Below are positions 1-13,700 of a stretch of 64,000 bases of DNA, piece by piece. The DNA comes from Phoronis australis (lineage: Eukaryota > Animalia > Phoronida). The stretch is from positions 124,001 through 188,000 of the forward strand of contig NMRA01000210.1 of the NCBI GenBank assembly GCA_002633005.1, given 5' to 3'. Within the stretch, counting starts at the first letter, position 1. Every line of letters begins with the position of its first letter. The notes below the pieces were generated by a model that worked only from the letters and a program-made list of their open reading frames with translations, was not told the origin of the DNA and ran no database searches. Both the position numbers and the translations under genes were made by a program.

Positions 1-1560
1 CATGACAAAAAGCCTTGAACACAGGAGGTAGATCGCCTCAATCCATTACGTGGTACGCTGACCTGTGAGAGTCGGGACCATCTGGACTAAGTTGCTTACC
101 AGTCAAGTGTAGCTGAGTTGTCACAGACAATTGCAGTTTGCCCTCTTCAAGTCTCACTAACCTAATATGAAGTGGGTCACTTGATCTCTAGAGCTTGACA
201 AATGCTATCGGCAGACAGAGCTTGAGACGCTTCGCCTTATCCTTATTCAGTGTGGTGGCTCACCAGCCTTTGTAGCCACAAAGAGATCTCTCTTGGCCAC
301 GCAACCATAAATGAGCTTATTCACTTCAGACACTTCGGTGGGTGGTTTTGAGGATGTTTCAGGGGTCCAACTGTCAGGCGTGGTGGGCTTAACACCCTAC
401 TGAACATCGATTTTCAGCCTTTCAATCTTCTTCTGAGTCGTCTGACGACCTTGCTTTGAAGAAGCAGAGACGGTGAGAGCTATCATCGGGCCAAGTTGAA
501 GTCTTTCCGCTATCATTCGCTCTTCGAGTGTCCGAGGCAGGTTTGGATTTCGCACAGGCAGCCACCATTTCCATTTTCACGAGCTTGGTAATTTCACTGT
601 CTACTTTTATTGAAGAGTCCAGCGATTTCCCAAATTAAGTGTCCACTGTAGGGAGTGACCCCACTTGCCTCATAGAAACTCCTATGGAGGAGTCTTTGAT
701 GTGGACATCCGTAGCCGCAAAGACCATATTCGACTGCCCTGTGCGCTGGTCACCCTGACCACGGTGGGTTATTGGTTTTCGCTGTGGATCCATATAACAA
801 GTATAGGTTATGATAGATGTCTGCATCCGCATTCAGCCTATCCATAGAGTGGGAACAAGTTCCAGCCAAAAGCTTTCCTGCATCCGCAAACCTCACACTG
901 GTTTCAATAGCTTCCTATCCTGGTTCCTCCAAGCGAGCATATAACCCTCAACGAAAAGGCTTCCTACAAATGGACTTACAAAGTTCGGTATGTCTAAGTC
1001 CAAGTGCCAGAGCCTCGCACCCTCCCAGGACTAATTGTGCGAGGTCTTGTCCTCTTGCGCTGCAGACGCTACACCACGGTTTGCCCAAGCTTTCTTGATA
1101 CGCAAAATTCTGCTTTGTCTACCACCAGAAGCAACTGGCTTAAGACTCACGAACCAAGGTATTAGTTCTCAAGGGTTCCCGTATCACTTGGCCGGAGACA
1201 AGGCGGAGTCAATCGTAAGCGAAGAAGTCAATTCTGCTGACAAGGCGCCCAAACGGGGTGATTGGGCTAGAGAGGCCTCCCACTGGTCACTGGTCAATCT
1301 CCTGAAAACAGCTAGAATGCTTCCAACGGGGCTTTTGGCATCTCATATCGTTCCAAGACAACAGCGCCTGTTAAAGACAACAAACTCCTTCCCGAACCCG
1401 CCGATTTCGCAAGGCATTGCACGAGTCTTGTTGTGGGAGAAGCTCCATGTAATTATTGATAGTCGAAACTGAACAGCGGCGGAAGCTGAAAGCAGAGCAC
1501 TAAGCAGAGATAGGTAGTACTCTTAGCTACAATACCACATTAGACGCAAAGCACCACAAC
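1..1560 (-). mobile_element. Heavily decayed non-LTR retrotransposon 5' part (CR1/L2-like; esterase-type ORF1 and start of endonuclease)
   Basis: Slightly GC-richer block. Minus-strand fragments such as VICSLGGTRI and LVQMVPTLT resemble CR1-group ORF1 esterase and endonuclease motifs, with many stops. Family call is inference and boundaries are approximate. Confidence 0.3.
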
Positions 1561-2024
1561 CTGTGGTCGGAACCACCAACATATACGTCACTCACTACGC
1601 TACGTAATCACACAAGTTGGACTTTAAAATTGGTGGTTTTATCAGAATTTTCTACTCAAATGTGCATGGAACTCTACGAAATCAGCATCAGACAAGTCTT
1701 TGAACACCTTCTTTCACTTTGTCACATTAAATTGGGTTCGAGTGGTGATTTGAAAACAAAAATGTCGGAATAATACCAAAGTCACAAATTCAAGGTTATT
1801 TTGTGACTTTCATGGAGACAACATTTGTACACATCCAGATTTTTCATAGACGCTTCCGAAGCAATTCCGAATCTCTGTTTTATCCCGCTCACGAATGTCA
1901 CTTGCGTGTCCTCAGTCAGTTTGAATGTTTTTAAACTATGGCTTTTTAAAACAGAGTAACTTCATAACTTAGTTTACGAAGCAGCCACATGCTTTGCATA
2001 CTGGATGTCAGCCATTAGACTAAT

Positions 2025-2355
2025 GTTAGAAACAAAAACAGAACAGTTGTTCAGCATTTCAAAGATGCGTTACTGGATTATATAAGGTCTGTGTTTCATT
2101 AAGTATTCGATGTGGCATGAAATTGTTGTTTGCTTATTATTCTATCCTAGGTTTTCTTTATTTCAAATGTAGCTACTCCAGCGTTGGTCATACTATTTTG
2201 ATTTAATTCCTTTCTGCTCTGGAAATTTCTTCACTGACTTCATTTGCACGGCATTACTGCCCTGACTCCTGGAGATACCCAGAAGATTCCACTAATAAAA
2301 CCAGGAGTCATTTTCCCTGATGGATGTTAGTAACTATTTGGAACTCTGAGGAACT
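2025..2355 (+). repeat. ~330-bp direct repeat, copy 1 (copy 2 at ~4057-4362)
   Basis: Colinear with 4057-4362 (agaaacaaaaacagaacagt...ctatttgga), with scattered substitutions and a ~40-bp indel. Confidence 0.85.
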
Positions 2356-2359
2356 AGCC

Positions 2360-3990
2360 ATGAAGGTAAAAAGGTAGTCCATAACATTGTTCAGTTTGAC
2401 AGATATATTAGTGGTCTAGGTGTTTTGACGGCTCTAACAATCTTTGATAAAGTGGTGACACCAAATCTAATGTATGGTGCTGAGGTTTGGAGATTTCAGA
2501 AATACACCGCCATAGAAAGTATATACATGTACATTATATTTTGTAAATGCATATTGAGAGTTGGCTCAAATACTACCAACGCCGATGTGCTGGGTGATGT
2601 GGGTCGATATCCTTTGTACGCCATGCTATAACATGTTGAAGTCCTTGGACACAGTAGTAAGAACACCAGCACCAGGGCCACTTGTATCAAACATTTACTA
2701 CTTGGATATGGTTTTGGTTTTGTTTGGGCGTAACAAAATGTTGGATATATTGGTGTAGTTTTGAAAGTATTTATTCAGAGAGTTAAAGACTGCGCCTTCC
2801 AAGAATTGTAGTGTAAAGTTAGAACTTGTACTCTTTGCTGAGGTTCATAAGAACTTAAATGTTGCTCCATATCTGAAGTTATAAAATATGGGTAGATTGT
2901 AGGTATATAACTAAAATACGTTGCTTTTCCCATACTCTTAAAGCCGAGGTGGCACGAGAAAGAGTAGGTAGAGAACAAAGGCTGTGCAAATATTGCAACA
3001 AATTTAATTTGTATGAAATTCAGGACGAATTCCTTAACAAGATGTTTTCTGTATGATAACTTGAGTATCCAATTTATTCCATGTCAGAATATAGACTGAC
3101 ACTGTTTTTAGTTGTATTGTTTTGTTTTGTTGTTCTGTTTGATTGACATGACCGCTGAGTTAAGTACAGTGATGATGTAATTTGTTTACTACAGAATAGT
3201 ATGGAACTTTCTAGTAGACTGAGTTCAGTAGTGATGATGTAATTTGTTTACTACAGTAAAGTGTGGAACTTTCTAGAAGACTCTAGCATGACAGTGGTTG
3301 ATGTAGTATGGAATATTCTAGAGACTAGTACATGTTTGTAGGATGGTTGGGTAGATTCAGGAAAGTTCTAGAATGTGCTTGAATTGATGGAAAGTTCTAG
3401 AACATTGCATTAGTCTATAAATAAACAGGCACGGGCTTGTATTAGTCAGTTTAGAAAGAAGAAAAGCAGTAAAACAGTTAAAGAGTTGCAGTGAAGAGAA
3501 TCAGCAGTTACAGCGAGAATTAACACAGAGCCAGCTATAGACAGAAGGTTATTGAATCAACGAGTGTAACAATTGCTGAAAGTGTCTCAGAGGTTCATCA
3601 CAAGTCCAGGCTTCGCATCAGTGGCTGGAGCATAGAACAGACATTATGTCGGACGTTTTGTTTGAGTAGGCTTGTGAACTTTTGGTCGAGATTAATAAAG
3701 GATTAAGTCGAACCAGTCTTCAGTCTATCATCGCACCGAAAGCTATTAGCACCGGTCTGTAACAACCTGCGCCCACCCACACACGGGGAAAACGTGACAT
3801 TCCAGAACTGTCATAATGCTATTCTATATCATTTTCAAGTTACATGAGTGACGTTCAAGTACCTTCTTGGTTAATCCGTCAAAATTCATCACGAAAGCTT
3901 CTCATAAGAGCCAGTGTCTAAATGCTTCATCATTGTGATTGTTATTTCATGCATCAGTGTATCTGTATACAGTGTATGTACATGGTGTGT
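2360..3990 (+). mobile_element. 3' fragment of a LINE ORF2 (RTE-X-like), interrupted by a solo LTR
   Basis: ORF 2425-2631 LTIFDKVVTPNLMYGAEVW...FCKCILRVGSNTTNADVLGDVGRYPL matches the post-RT region typical of these LINEs. Same motif type as 60476-60694. Confidence 0.75.
3082..3799 (+). mobile_element. Solo LTR, 718 bp
   Basis: Termini TGTCA...TGACA; perfect 5-bp TSD TTCCA (3077-3081 and 3800-3804); TATA-like ctataaata ~3415; AATAAA ~3694; internal short tandem duplication ~3165-3280. Confidence 0.88.
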
Positions 3991-4056
3991 ACAATGTGGG
4001 GGGCATTGTGTGTCGGTGGCCTTTGATGTACAATGTACAAAAGTTTAAACTTTGAA

Positions 4057-4362
4057 AGAAACAAAAACAGAACAGTCAGATGTTCGGTATGTTAGTGAGC
4101 ATTTCAAAGTTGCATCACTAGATTATATAAGGTCTGTGTTTCATTCTATCCTAGGTTTTCGTTATTCCAAATGTAGTTACTCCAGCGTTGGTCATACTAC
4201 TTTGATTTATTTACTTTCTGCTCTGGATATTTTTTCACTGACTTAATTGCACGGCATTACTGTCCTGTCTCCTGGAGATACCCGTATCAAGAAGATTTCA
4301 CAAATAAAATTAGTAGTCATTTTTCCTGATGAATGTTATTAGCTATTTGGAGCTGTGAAGGA
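4057..4362 (+). repeat. ~330-bp direct repeat, copy 2
   Basis: Colinear with 2025-2355. Confidence 0.85.
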
Positions 4363-4699
4363 CATCTCTACATTGATTTGTTTAAGTTTTATTTTCTTGT
4401 CCTCTATAGATGGCAGTCTTAGTGCATTGCTTTGTGTTCAGCTTACCTACCAGTGAGGCTTAACCCCCCTTTTTGGCACCTACCCCTATTGTCTAACTCA
4501 GAAGTCATGTTGGTAAACATTTTAATTCAATCGACACCCTGTTTGGTTAGTTTATTATTTGGCAAGCAATCTCATAAGTCTACTGTATTTAAATATTTGA
4601 TATATAGTTCACGTTCTCACTGTCACCGCCAGAAGTTCTTAATGCATCAATAATATCTCGAACCAGTTTGAATTTCCATTGTTTCATTGAAAAAAATGT

Positions 4700-5450
4700 C
4701 ATCTACAACGTCGAAATTTAAGGGCAGTTCATGGTGGACAGAAAATATTCGTGAGTGGTCAAATGCTTTTTATATGGCGACAAACAAGCTATTTGATAGA
4801 ACCGAAAGCAGTCGATGGACAGTCAATAAAATTTGGAATCATTCAATTACTTCAAGAGTGGCTGCGATTTTAAACCATAATTTGTGCAAGGACACTGCGA
4901 TTATTGAGTGCAATGTCAGACTATCTCAGAACATCAACAATGAGTGGAACGTGGTCTGCATATTAATAGCATGGGGTAGTTTCGAAATATTGTCTTGAAA
5001 TTGCAAATGTGTGGCCGGTTTACGAAATACATCAAGTCACATTGGTGCTGTCTTGTCGAAAATTGAATACACTGTCAGAATGGAGATGATATCAACAAAG
5101 TATTCAGTAGCACTCCATTGTCTATTACAAAAAATAGAAACACACACGTCTCATCGTCGAACAGAGGAAATAATAGAGGTCTTGCAGCTACTACTGTTCA
5201 GCAAGGTGATACTGACTTGTAGAAAGGCTCCAAGAAAGTCAGGATAACAGAAAGTTTTGATCATGAAATCCCTGTGAAAAAAAACATCGACGCCATGAAA
5301 TTTTTGACATCCGTCCCAGTTTTAAAGGCAACTATTTTACAAAGAATGAGAGGGCTGAACGAAGGGAAAGCATTTTACTGCCTCAACAAATCATTCACTA
5401 TTCACACGCTGGGCTCTCAGTTGCCCCTTCAGAGAGCAGTTTAGCCCAGC
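4700..5450 (+). mobile_element. Degenerate DNA-transposon accessory ORF with a SWIM-type zinc finger (ISL2EU/Harbinger-like)
   Basis: IIECNVRLSQNINNEW...GSFEILS*NCKCVAGLRNTSSHIGAVLSKIEYTVRM resembles the CxCxAG..xCSHxxAxL SWIM motif of such ORFs. In-frame stops are present. Confidence 0.6.
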
Positions 5451-5992
5451 AAGCCCTGGTGAAACTCTAAATGGGTAATAAATTGTTAGAAACAAAATGC
5501 CAAGTTCCAATCCCTGGTCTACCTTAGATTAAATCGTATCATCAAATAAATGTGATGATGAGTTCAAAAATGATGCTGCAACCCTTAAAGTTACTTCTTC
5601 ATATGTTATACTTTACTTTTCCTACATATTTTATTTTTTCTACTTAACTTTATAACACATTTTTCTAGTCAAACAGATAAATTTCACTCGTTTTTTGTAC
5701 CATATGTAATATGTAACCAATATATTATTTTGTACTATCCCCAGTCACGTACTTGTGTTAGTTTTTATTGTAAATCCGGCCATATACGTTTTAGTTTCCA
5801 CTCCGAAGTTTCAGTAATTTAATATTTGTCATTAGTTTTGTTGTTTGTTACTAACTTGTTTGTTTGTTCCAACATTTGTTAGATAGAAGAGGAGTAAAGT
5901 TTAAGTTTTTTTCATATGTTCATGTGACACGTAAAGCGGTATGCGGTACAAGCGGTAAGCAACAACACATACACAGTACGGTCATTTCTTAA

Positions 5993-6480
5993 AGAGGTCT
6001 GAAACGCAAAAAAAACCATTAAACTGCATCATTCAAGTAGGTTTCTGTCGCTGACACAGAATTCAACCAGTTCAACAGGTATTTTACGGTTTGTTCGTGA
6101 AGGTTTTGAACTTTTGTTGATGTCAGAACATTTTTGTTTAGTATCCATATTTCAAAACAGAGATCCATCAACAGCACGTCAATGTCTTCGATTTTTCTCC
6201 AACAAGGCAAAGTTCGTCTTCTTATTTGGTATGGCAAGGCATATTGACGTAGCACATTTCCCTCACATGGAAAATGCGACCTTTGGCCTTTGACGTAAAC
6301 AAACAATGGCTACTTCAAGCGAAAGCCAGTTTGGATAAGCGGGAAGCGATGTAAGACCTAACTGTTTAAATCAGATATAAAGGGAGTGTTCAATTCAAAT
6401 GTATTCTTAAATGCACTGGGAGTTGTTTTTGGAAAATCGCTCGCTTACTCGCCTCATATTCTGCTGTCGACCTCAAACTC
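5993..6480 (+). mobile_element. Non-autonomous TTAA-flanked element fragment (Kolobok-like); related copy at ~28281-28700
   Basis: Begins TTAA|AGAGGTCTGAAACGCAAAA and is colinear with TTAA|AGAGGCCTGGAACCCAAAA at 28281. The other terminus was not found. Confidence 0.5.
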
Positions 6481-7665
6481 GGAGTGCAATCACACATAAT
6501 TATTTGTTTATCGAATGACAGAGCAATTGCGTGAATTTATCATAAATGGGGGGGGGGGGGCTGAAGTCAACTTGTCTTTTATAAGTCTCACAAAGGGAAC
6601 GGTGGGCTAATTGGTTTATCAGTAACGGCTTTGGATCAAAGATTCGATCATAAATAGCATACTAATTAGAGTTTCGATTTCGATCGCCAATGCCGTTTCC
6701 ACAAATGAACTGAAATAATCATCCACGGATATGACCCAAACTTTCAAAATAAGAAAGGAATGTCGCAGAACCTTAATTGAAAAATATTATTTCTGTCAAC
6801 CTTAAACACGTTTTAGATAAAAGCCTCTCAGTACCATAGCACAAGAATGTCTAGATGAGATATTCCCCGAGACTGACTGAATTATGACAAAGCCTTATTT
6901 CTGTTAGCTTTGCTACAGATCACGATTAGAACAAGAAAAGGGGTGCCACTTAGAGTTGGCGTTTCGACTACAAACTCTCGTGTAGAAAATGATTTCGATC
7001 CAGGCCGGAACCGCGTTCGGAGTACAGCGCCACCTCAGTTGTTAACATTACTACAGATCAACATGGAAGAAAGGAAAAGTGTATTTTTGAATGTCATAAC
7101 TAATTTTATGGAATTTATTCTACAACATGCTCAACGCTGTCATGGCTCCGATACATTCTGCGTAACTGAGAAATGAAACTAAGTGTCGTTTACTCTGGCA
7201 ATCTTACCTGTCTATCTCATGCAAGGGTCTGGCAAGCCAATTCTACTTTTCAATGGAACAGCAAATGTGATTATGCGTATATTTTCAAGTATTTATTTCT
7301 TGAACTTGCTTAATGATAAGACAGTCATGAGGCTGGTAAATGGTAGTCTAAAGAATTCTGTTAAGAGCTTTGATGCAAGGTTGACCACCTTACAGATGAC
7401 AACCAAGTGGCCCATGTTCTTCTTTTCTCGTGAATACGAATCTTTTGTAAGGAATTGTGTTCTCACTTACTGTACACACCTCTGTTCTCATGAAACACAT
7501 TTTAGACTCAGTATCCAGAGGTACGAGCAACCACGTGTCTTGGAAAGGTTTTGAAACTGTCGGTATCTTGTAAATGAGCACAACTGCGGTTTCGGTAGTT
7601 TTTTAACCAAATGGTCATTTAAACGGCGATGTCAGTTACTATAGCGACTAGTGTTTGCCCGCTTC

Positions 7666-7719
7666 TTATTCGCAAGCCACAATATTTCCAACCATTTCTC
7701 TCAACTTCTTTTTCGAGAT
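7666..7719 (-). CDS. ACS terminal exon (ISKKKLREMVGNIVACE*)
   Basis: Acceptor atttcag, phase 0, TAA at 7666-7668. Candidate minus-strand AATAAA near 7292-7297. Confidence 0.85.
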   Translation of the reverse strand: MSKKKLREMVGNIVACE

Positions 7720-10700
7720 CTGAAATTACAATACGGATTGTCATCATTTCAAGTTGTGTGGATAAATAGAAAAGCAATACTTGGGGATTCAGGTTCGATT
7801 TGTAAACGTAATTTGTGCTATAATGTCGGTCGCATCACATGTATTAAATATAATTTCAAGTCCGAAGGTTTTTCATTTGGAGTTGTCACGGAACACGGGG
7901 CATACAATAAAAGTGGCTGTCTTGTGTGCGATTTCTTATCTTGACTTACTATGTTTCGTATTGAAGCACCTCATGTAAGCAATAGTAATGACTCTAAACT
8001 TGATCACATTTGTTTTTGGCCAAACATGAGCGCGTAAGTAAACAGAGATTGACTGATATGAACCTTTGTCTTGAGAATGATTTATATTGAATAAACCGAA
8101 ACGTCGGATCAATATGTCTCTGTTGCGCGCAATTTAAAAGTTCGTGGACTGTGAACTTACCTTGTTTCGTATGCCAACACGTGGGAACTTCTCCATGAAA
8201 ATGAATTTGTCAGGAACCCACAGTTCTAGTATCAGCTGAAACACAAATGTGATACATTTAAACTGGTGACTTATCTTATAGGCTTATTGGGCGTTAAGTA
8301 TTTTCGCATGGTGCAAATATTATCTTCATCAAAACTCAAAATTACATCGCAGCAACAAGAGCAAAAGGAATGAGTGGTTAACAAATACTACTTACATTTT
8401 TGCTACAGTAAGATTTTAGCTCTTCTACACTTGCTGTCTGGTCGTCTTCCAATCTATAATCAGAACACCAAGCTACATGTATACGTAATACCATTCAGTA
8501 ACTGAGTCGATTTGCATGCTAGGCAGCTGGCCATCCTTAAGAGACCTATTTTCAAACTTTCAAACTCCGTCAAAAAGTCTGACTCACAGATGTGTTTTTT
8601 GACGGTTAAGTAGAAAGTTGTAACTAAATCTTATACTGAACTATCGTGTAATATGTAATAATGAGATCAATTAAGGACAACGATTAAATTTTGTACTCAC
8701 ATAATACATGCGACCATTATAACACCCGCGTAGTCGTCGGGAACGCCTACAACCTGTAAAAAATCTACCAATGACGTTGTACCTAAACAACAATACTAAT
8801 TGACATGTTTTTTTCTGGTGGAAGGGATCCAGATGACAAAATCGATAACATAACTCCGATTATACACTGTAAGTAAAGACTTTGACATGTACACCCTGTG
8901 GTTAGCAGCAAGCAATTCTTGCTTTGGCAAGTGGTTATTAACACCGGCGGATGTGTAGGCCATCGTTAGGAGAGGGTGCTCCCATTCACGATTTTCGAAG
9001 ATGCTCCAACACATTGGCGGCGCACCATAGCGGGCTGGAGGCTATAGCCCCCACTTATTTTAGTGCTGCGCAGTCTATGCTACAGCATTTACTGTAAGTA
9101 GAGAGGGACCCTCTGGGGCACCCTAAGTTTGCCAAGCAGTGACAAGCCATTTGTGAATCGATCAAAATACTGTGAACTGTGTGGGACCTCCCTTTCTTCA
9201 AAAGAGCACAAGACAACACACTGTACATGATATGAGGGAATTACGCTAGGCAGAATAAAACAATCAAAGCTCATACTGTGTAGTTTGACAATTTGAAGGA
9301 AGTCTTCTTACGCGCAACGCACTCTAGGAAATCACCCTCTCCTGATCAGCCAGATGCACATTTGCAGTCACCAGGTGGTAAGATGAATTTCTCATTGACC
9401 TACGCCGCTCTATGCTTAATTCAGGCTGAAGAATCCGTACATTCTAAAAATCAGCAGCAACAAATATTACCTGTGCACTCTTAACCTTAGGATGGTCATT
9501 GAGCACTTTTTCAATTGGTCCTGGGTAGACGACATCGCCAAATCGTTTGAACCGCATAGCATCACCGGTTCTTCCCATTATGCGCAGAATTCCCTCAGAA
9601 TTCATTACACCAATATCGCTATAATTACAAAAAATAATGTGGGTTACACCATTCCAATTGCACAAGCTTGTAGAGGTATTTCGACTGCGCCGACGGTGTC
9701 GCCGCTGACGTTCGCCATAGGGGTGCTGTAAACGAAGCTTGTCAATGTTAAATGCTAGAGTGTGTGTGAAAGTCTGCACATGCCGTACCAAAATGGTGGT
9801 GCAGTTTTGGTATACAAATTTGATATTACACAAATGTTAATGAAACTAGTGAACCATTATTTGGCAATCATGGAGCACAACCATAGACTAAAAATAGTAA
9901 ATCACTCTACTGATTACAAACGCTGTTTATAAACATCATAGAACTGTGGACCTGGAATGCCAACTTCAATCTCGTACCGCAGAGGTTGTGTTTTACACGC
10001 ATGGGATAATGCCAAAACGCAGGCGTGAAATGATCGCCGTAGCACACCAAAACGTCCCGACAGTCTTGTTTTTTCAGCGAGAGACGTAACACCCAATAGC
10101 GCCCAACTTCGTTTTTTAGACGAACGAGCAATAGGGCTACGTCGCATAGGAAATTACAATAGTGTACAAGTATATGTCAGTTTCGCCGTGTGTCAAAAAG
10201 CGGTTCATTTTGATGATGTGGTGGGATGGCGAGGAAAATTCACTGTGCAGTATATTATTCGTAACATAAATTCTATTTACAACAGCTCTTGTTTTGTGAA
10301 AGAAGCAAAACTTCCTGAATTTGAATGAAAACATATTTTCACGACATATGATGTGGAACACATGATTGAGATCCCGCCTAGCATGGTCGGCATTGCCAGT
10401 CGAGTGGACATCGTCGCCAAGGAGAGCCCATTAATTTTTTGTTCTGATAGGCAAGGGAAAAGTTAAAAAATGTATTAACTGCAAACTGGAAACGAATTCG
10501 ATGTTGACAGATTTGTAAGTCAGGTCAGTCTCCTCCGTTTTAAAACAGTTTGAGGTTTACATGTTAAAGTTCGCTGGGAGCCCGAGAGACTGAGGCCGAC
10601 ACGAAGATGGAAGAAGGACGAACACAATATACGATCGTAGGTGATGGTCAACAAAGCACAGAATTAGCATGAGCATGCACCAGATTTTTAGGCATAACGT

Positions 10701-13700
10701 GGTAAGGACAAAATTCCCCGTATAAAGTGCATACGATGCATTGAGTCTGAAGACCTTCGGGTAGAAATTATCGTTAAAAATCAAGCTATTCTGGTGTTTT
10801 TTTTAATTTACAACCTGTGATCTGTATATGATTATAACTACGTTAGTAAACACACACATACATGCATCACTAATTAACTTAACGATGTAACTACTGTATG
10901 ACACATTTTGGCAGTCTTTAACCGGTTTTCAATTCAGCCGATATCACTGACAAAAACTGCAACCGGCAACTACCCATTTTGTCATTGTGTTTTCTCGAAG
11001 TTTTTAATTATTATTTCTGACATGAGTTACTAAATGTATCAATACGTGATGTCCACACGCGGACGCGCATACACAGTATGCGCAAAGCAAATCATCCTAA
11101 GTCGGCCTCAGACTTATATTGAGCTCTGCTCCACGACCACTGACTGTCGATCAACACCGCAAGGCGACGTTAACTTGGAAAAGTTGACGATTTTTCGGAA
11201 ACTGAAACGTCAATACCCATTTCATTGTGTCCGTACACAGCTCAAGCAAGTATTAAGCAGTCTCGCTGTGTCAATGCCTCAGCCATTTATTCACAAATGA
11301 CTCAGCTCCATTGCGGCTATTCTGGCGATGTGTTCCAGCCATGACGTAACACCAATTTTTATTTTCAAATTTCCACTATATTTCTCGATTAAAAGTAATG
11401 AAAACACATTTGTTTGACTGATAACACATACAACTCATTTCGAGTCGCATTAAGTACTTGCGACCGAGGCGGAATTCTTTACCGCTTAAGGTATATGGCA
11501 TAGCATCAATAGTATACTATAAAAGTACATATTTTTAAATTTTAAAGAAAATTCAGATATCCTTTTGAATCGAATAAAGAAACGGAATTAACAAATTTCA
11601 TGCAAAAAAGTATGTTTGTGGAAATCATGTCGATCTAGGTATAAAATCAAGATTTTTAGAAGAATCGCTGTCACATGATTAATAACACCTGGGCATTATA
11701 TTTGTGCTCATAAAAATTCTGTTATGATCAAGTTTTTTTAAAATGTACAGCTTTAAGGGTCTCTTTTCAATTATTTAATGCTGTATTCCGCCCTGTTAAG
11801 TTAAATTGAAATGAAAACTAATGTTGACCATTTACCTTCAAAAACAATAATATTGCCTACTGTGATGCGATTCGATTTGCATTACTAACAATGTCATCGA
11901 AGACATCAGCGACACGAAGCGGCGCTTAAACTTCATCGGGACTGGACAAACCTAAATTCAAAAATAGCGCACGTGCGCCTTGCCAGCTGCAGTGACTTGG
12001 AGTTGGTAAAGAAATCACAGTTCTATCACGGGGGGAATATCATGAGATCGATTGTATGAGTCAGATTAAACAGCCAAATTCGATTTCTATTTGAGTCAGT
12101 CAAACAAGGCGATCTTTAACACCAAAGATGGCCTATGACAACTTGAAGTATTAATTTGATTTACCAGAAGAGCTGAAAGTATTGGTCAGTTCTGTTCACT
12201 AGTTGTTTTGTGATGCGATTCGGAAAGGATTGAGATACATTCTGTGAGAGCAACTTGGTTTACAATCGGTTGTCAACCCACTGTTTAAGCTGAGTACTGA
12301 TTGGCTACTATTGGTTTCTGTCTACTGGTTGGCTACTATTTTGGTTTCTGTCTACTGATTGGCTACTATTGGTTTAGTCCTACTGATTGGCTACTATTGG
12401 TTTTTGTTCACTGATTGGCTAGACTGGCTTTTTGTCCGCTTGCATCTCATACAATGAACGAAATGTGCGAACATGACCATGACATATATTTACAGTGAAC
12501 AGCAGCTAACGCACGTTGCTGAAGTTGGAAAAGAAAATATGCCTCCTATAAGAATTGCGAAAGAAAAAATACAATTGATTCATACCCTGTAATGTACCAT
12601 CCGTCACGGAATGCGTTCTCTGTCAACTCGGCTTCACCCCAGTAGCTGTGGAACATACACCAACCTTTGCAGAGTATTTCCCCAGGTGTTTCTACCGGAA
12701 CAACTTGCCCATTTTCGTCAGTTATTTTAACCTGGACAATATGAAAAAGGTTGTGGTTATCATAATTAAAGAATTAAAATTGAGTAGCAGGTTAACCACG
12801 CGTGGTTACCTTAGAATTAAAAATTAAATTGAGAAGCAGGTTACCCAGACTTGATCCGTAGATTGCAAGAATCTCGCGAAGGACGTTACATTCTGATCAC
12901 GTGCTTCGTTTATAGAACATAGCGATATCTTTCGAAGCGTTGCATCATTTCAGCTGCGTGTTCGCGAGGAACGCATGTCATACGAGACAATGAAACCAAT
13001 GACCTATACTAAGTACATGTATAACGTATTAATCAAACCTTGTAGCGGCCGTTCACTATTTACTAGGACACAAAGACACAGACACGCACACACACAAATA
13101 AACGAACAAACAAACAAACATACAAACACACACACACAGAGGGAGAGACCAGTGGTGGATTTAGAGGGGGACCAAGGGGGTCATGCTTCCCCCCCTAAAA
13201 TTCTCTCTCCTGGATAGCGGACACACCATGGCAAGTGAACTTATTGAGCCTGAATTCAAGTAAACCGGACTATTGACTTTTTCAAGTCGAGAAATTTTAC
13301 TAGGGCACAACTTGAGACCCATGTCGTAATACTAAAATGCGTAAAATGTGTAAATCAATTTTTTTTTTGAAGGAAGACGGGTTTAAAGTCGATTTGAAGC
13401 ATTCCAATGCAATCAAATAAAGTGACCAACCTCGTAAAATGGAATTGGGTGTCCAACTGTTTCCAGACGAGTGGTGTGGCTGGGATAGTCTGCCGTGGTG
13501 CACGTTACTAAATTTGGTTCTGTCCCTCCGTAGGTATGCTAGAAAATGCAATATCGTCGCTCACGTATAAATGTAGTCAGTAAGAAAATTAGCTGTTTTC
13601 ATTACTTGCACCTCGCTAATTTGAAGTTACGGAGAACAAGCGTTTTTCAACAGTTTATTGCTATGTAACCTATTTCACAACAATAAGTATTTTTTAAACG

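Noticed and set aside
8078-8106. Hammerhead-like ttgagaatga...ccgaaacgtc in an ACS intron
   Set aside because: The CUGANGA core is corrupted. At most a decayed Penelope remnant.
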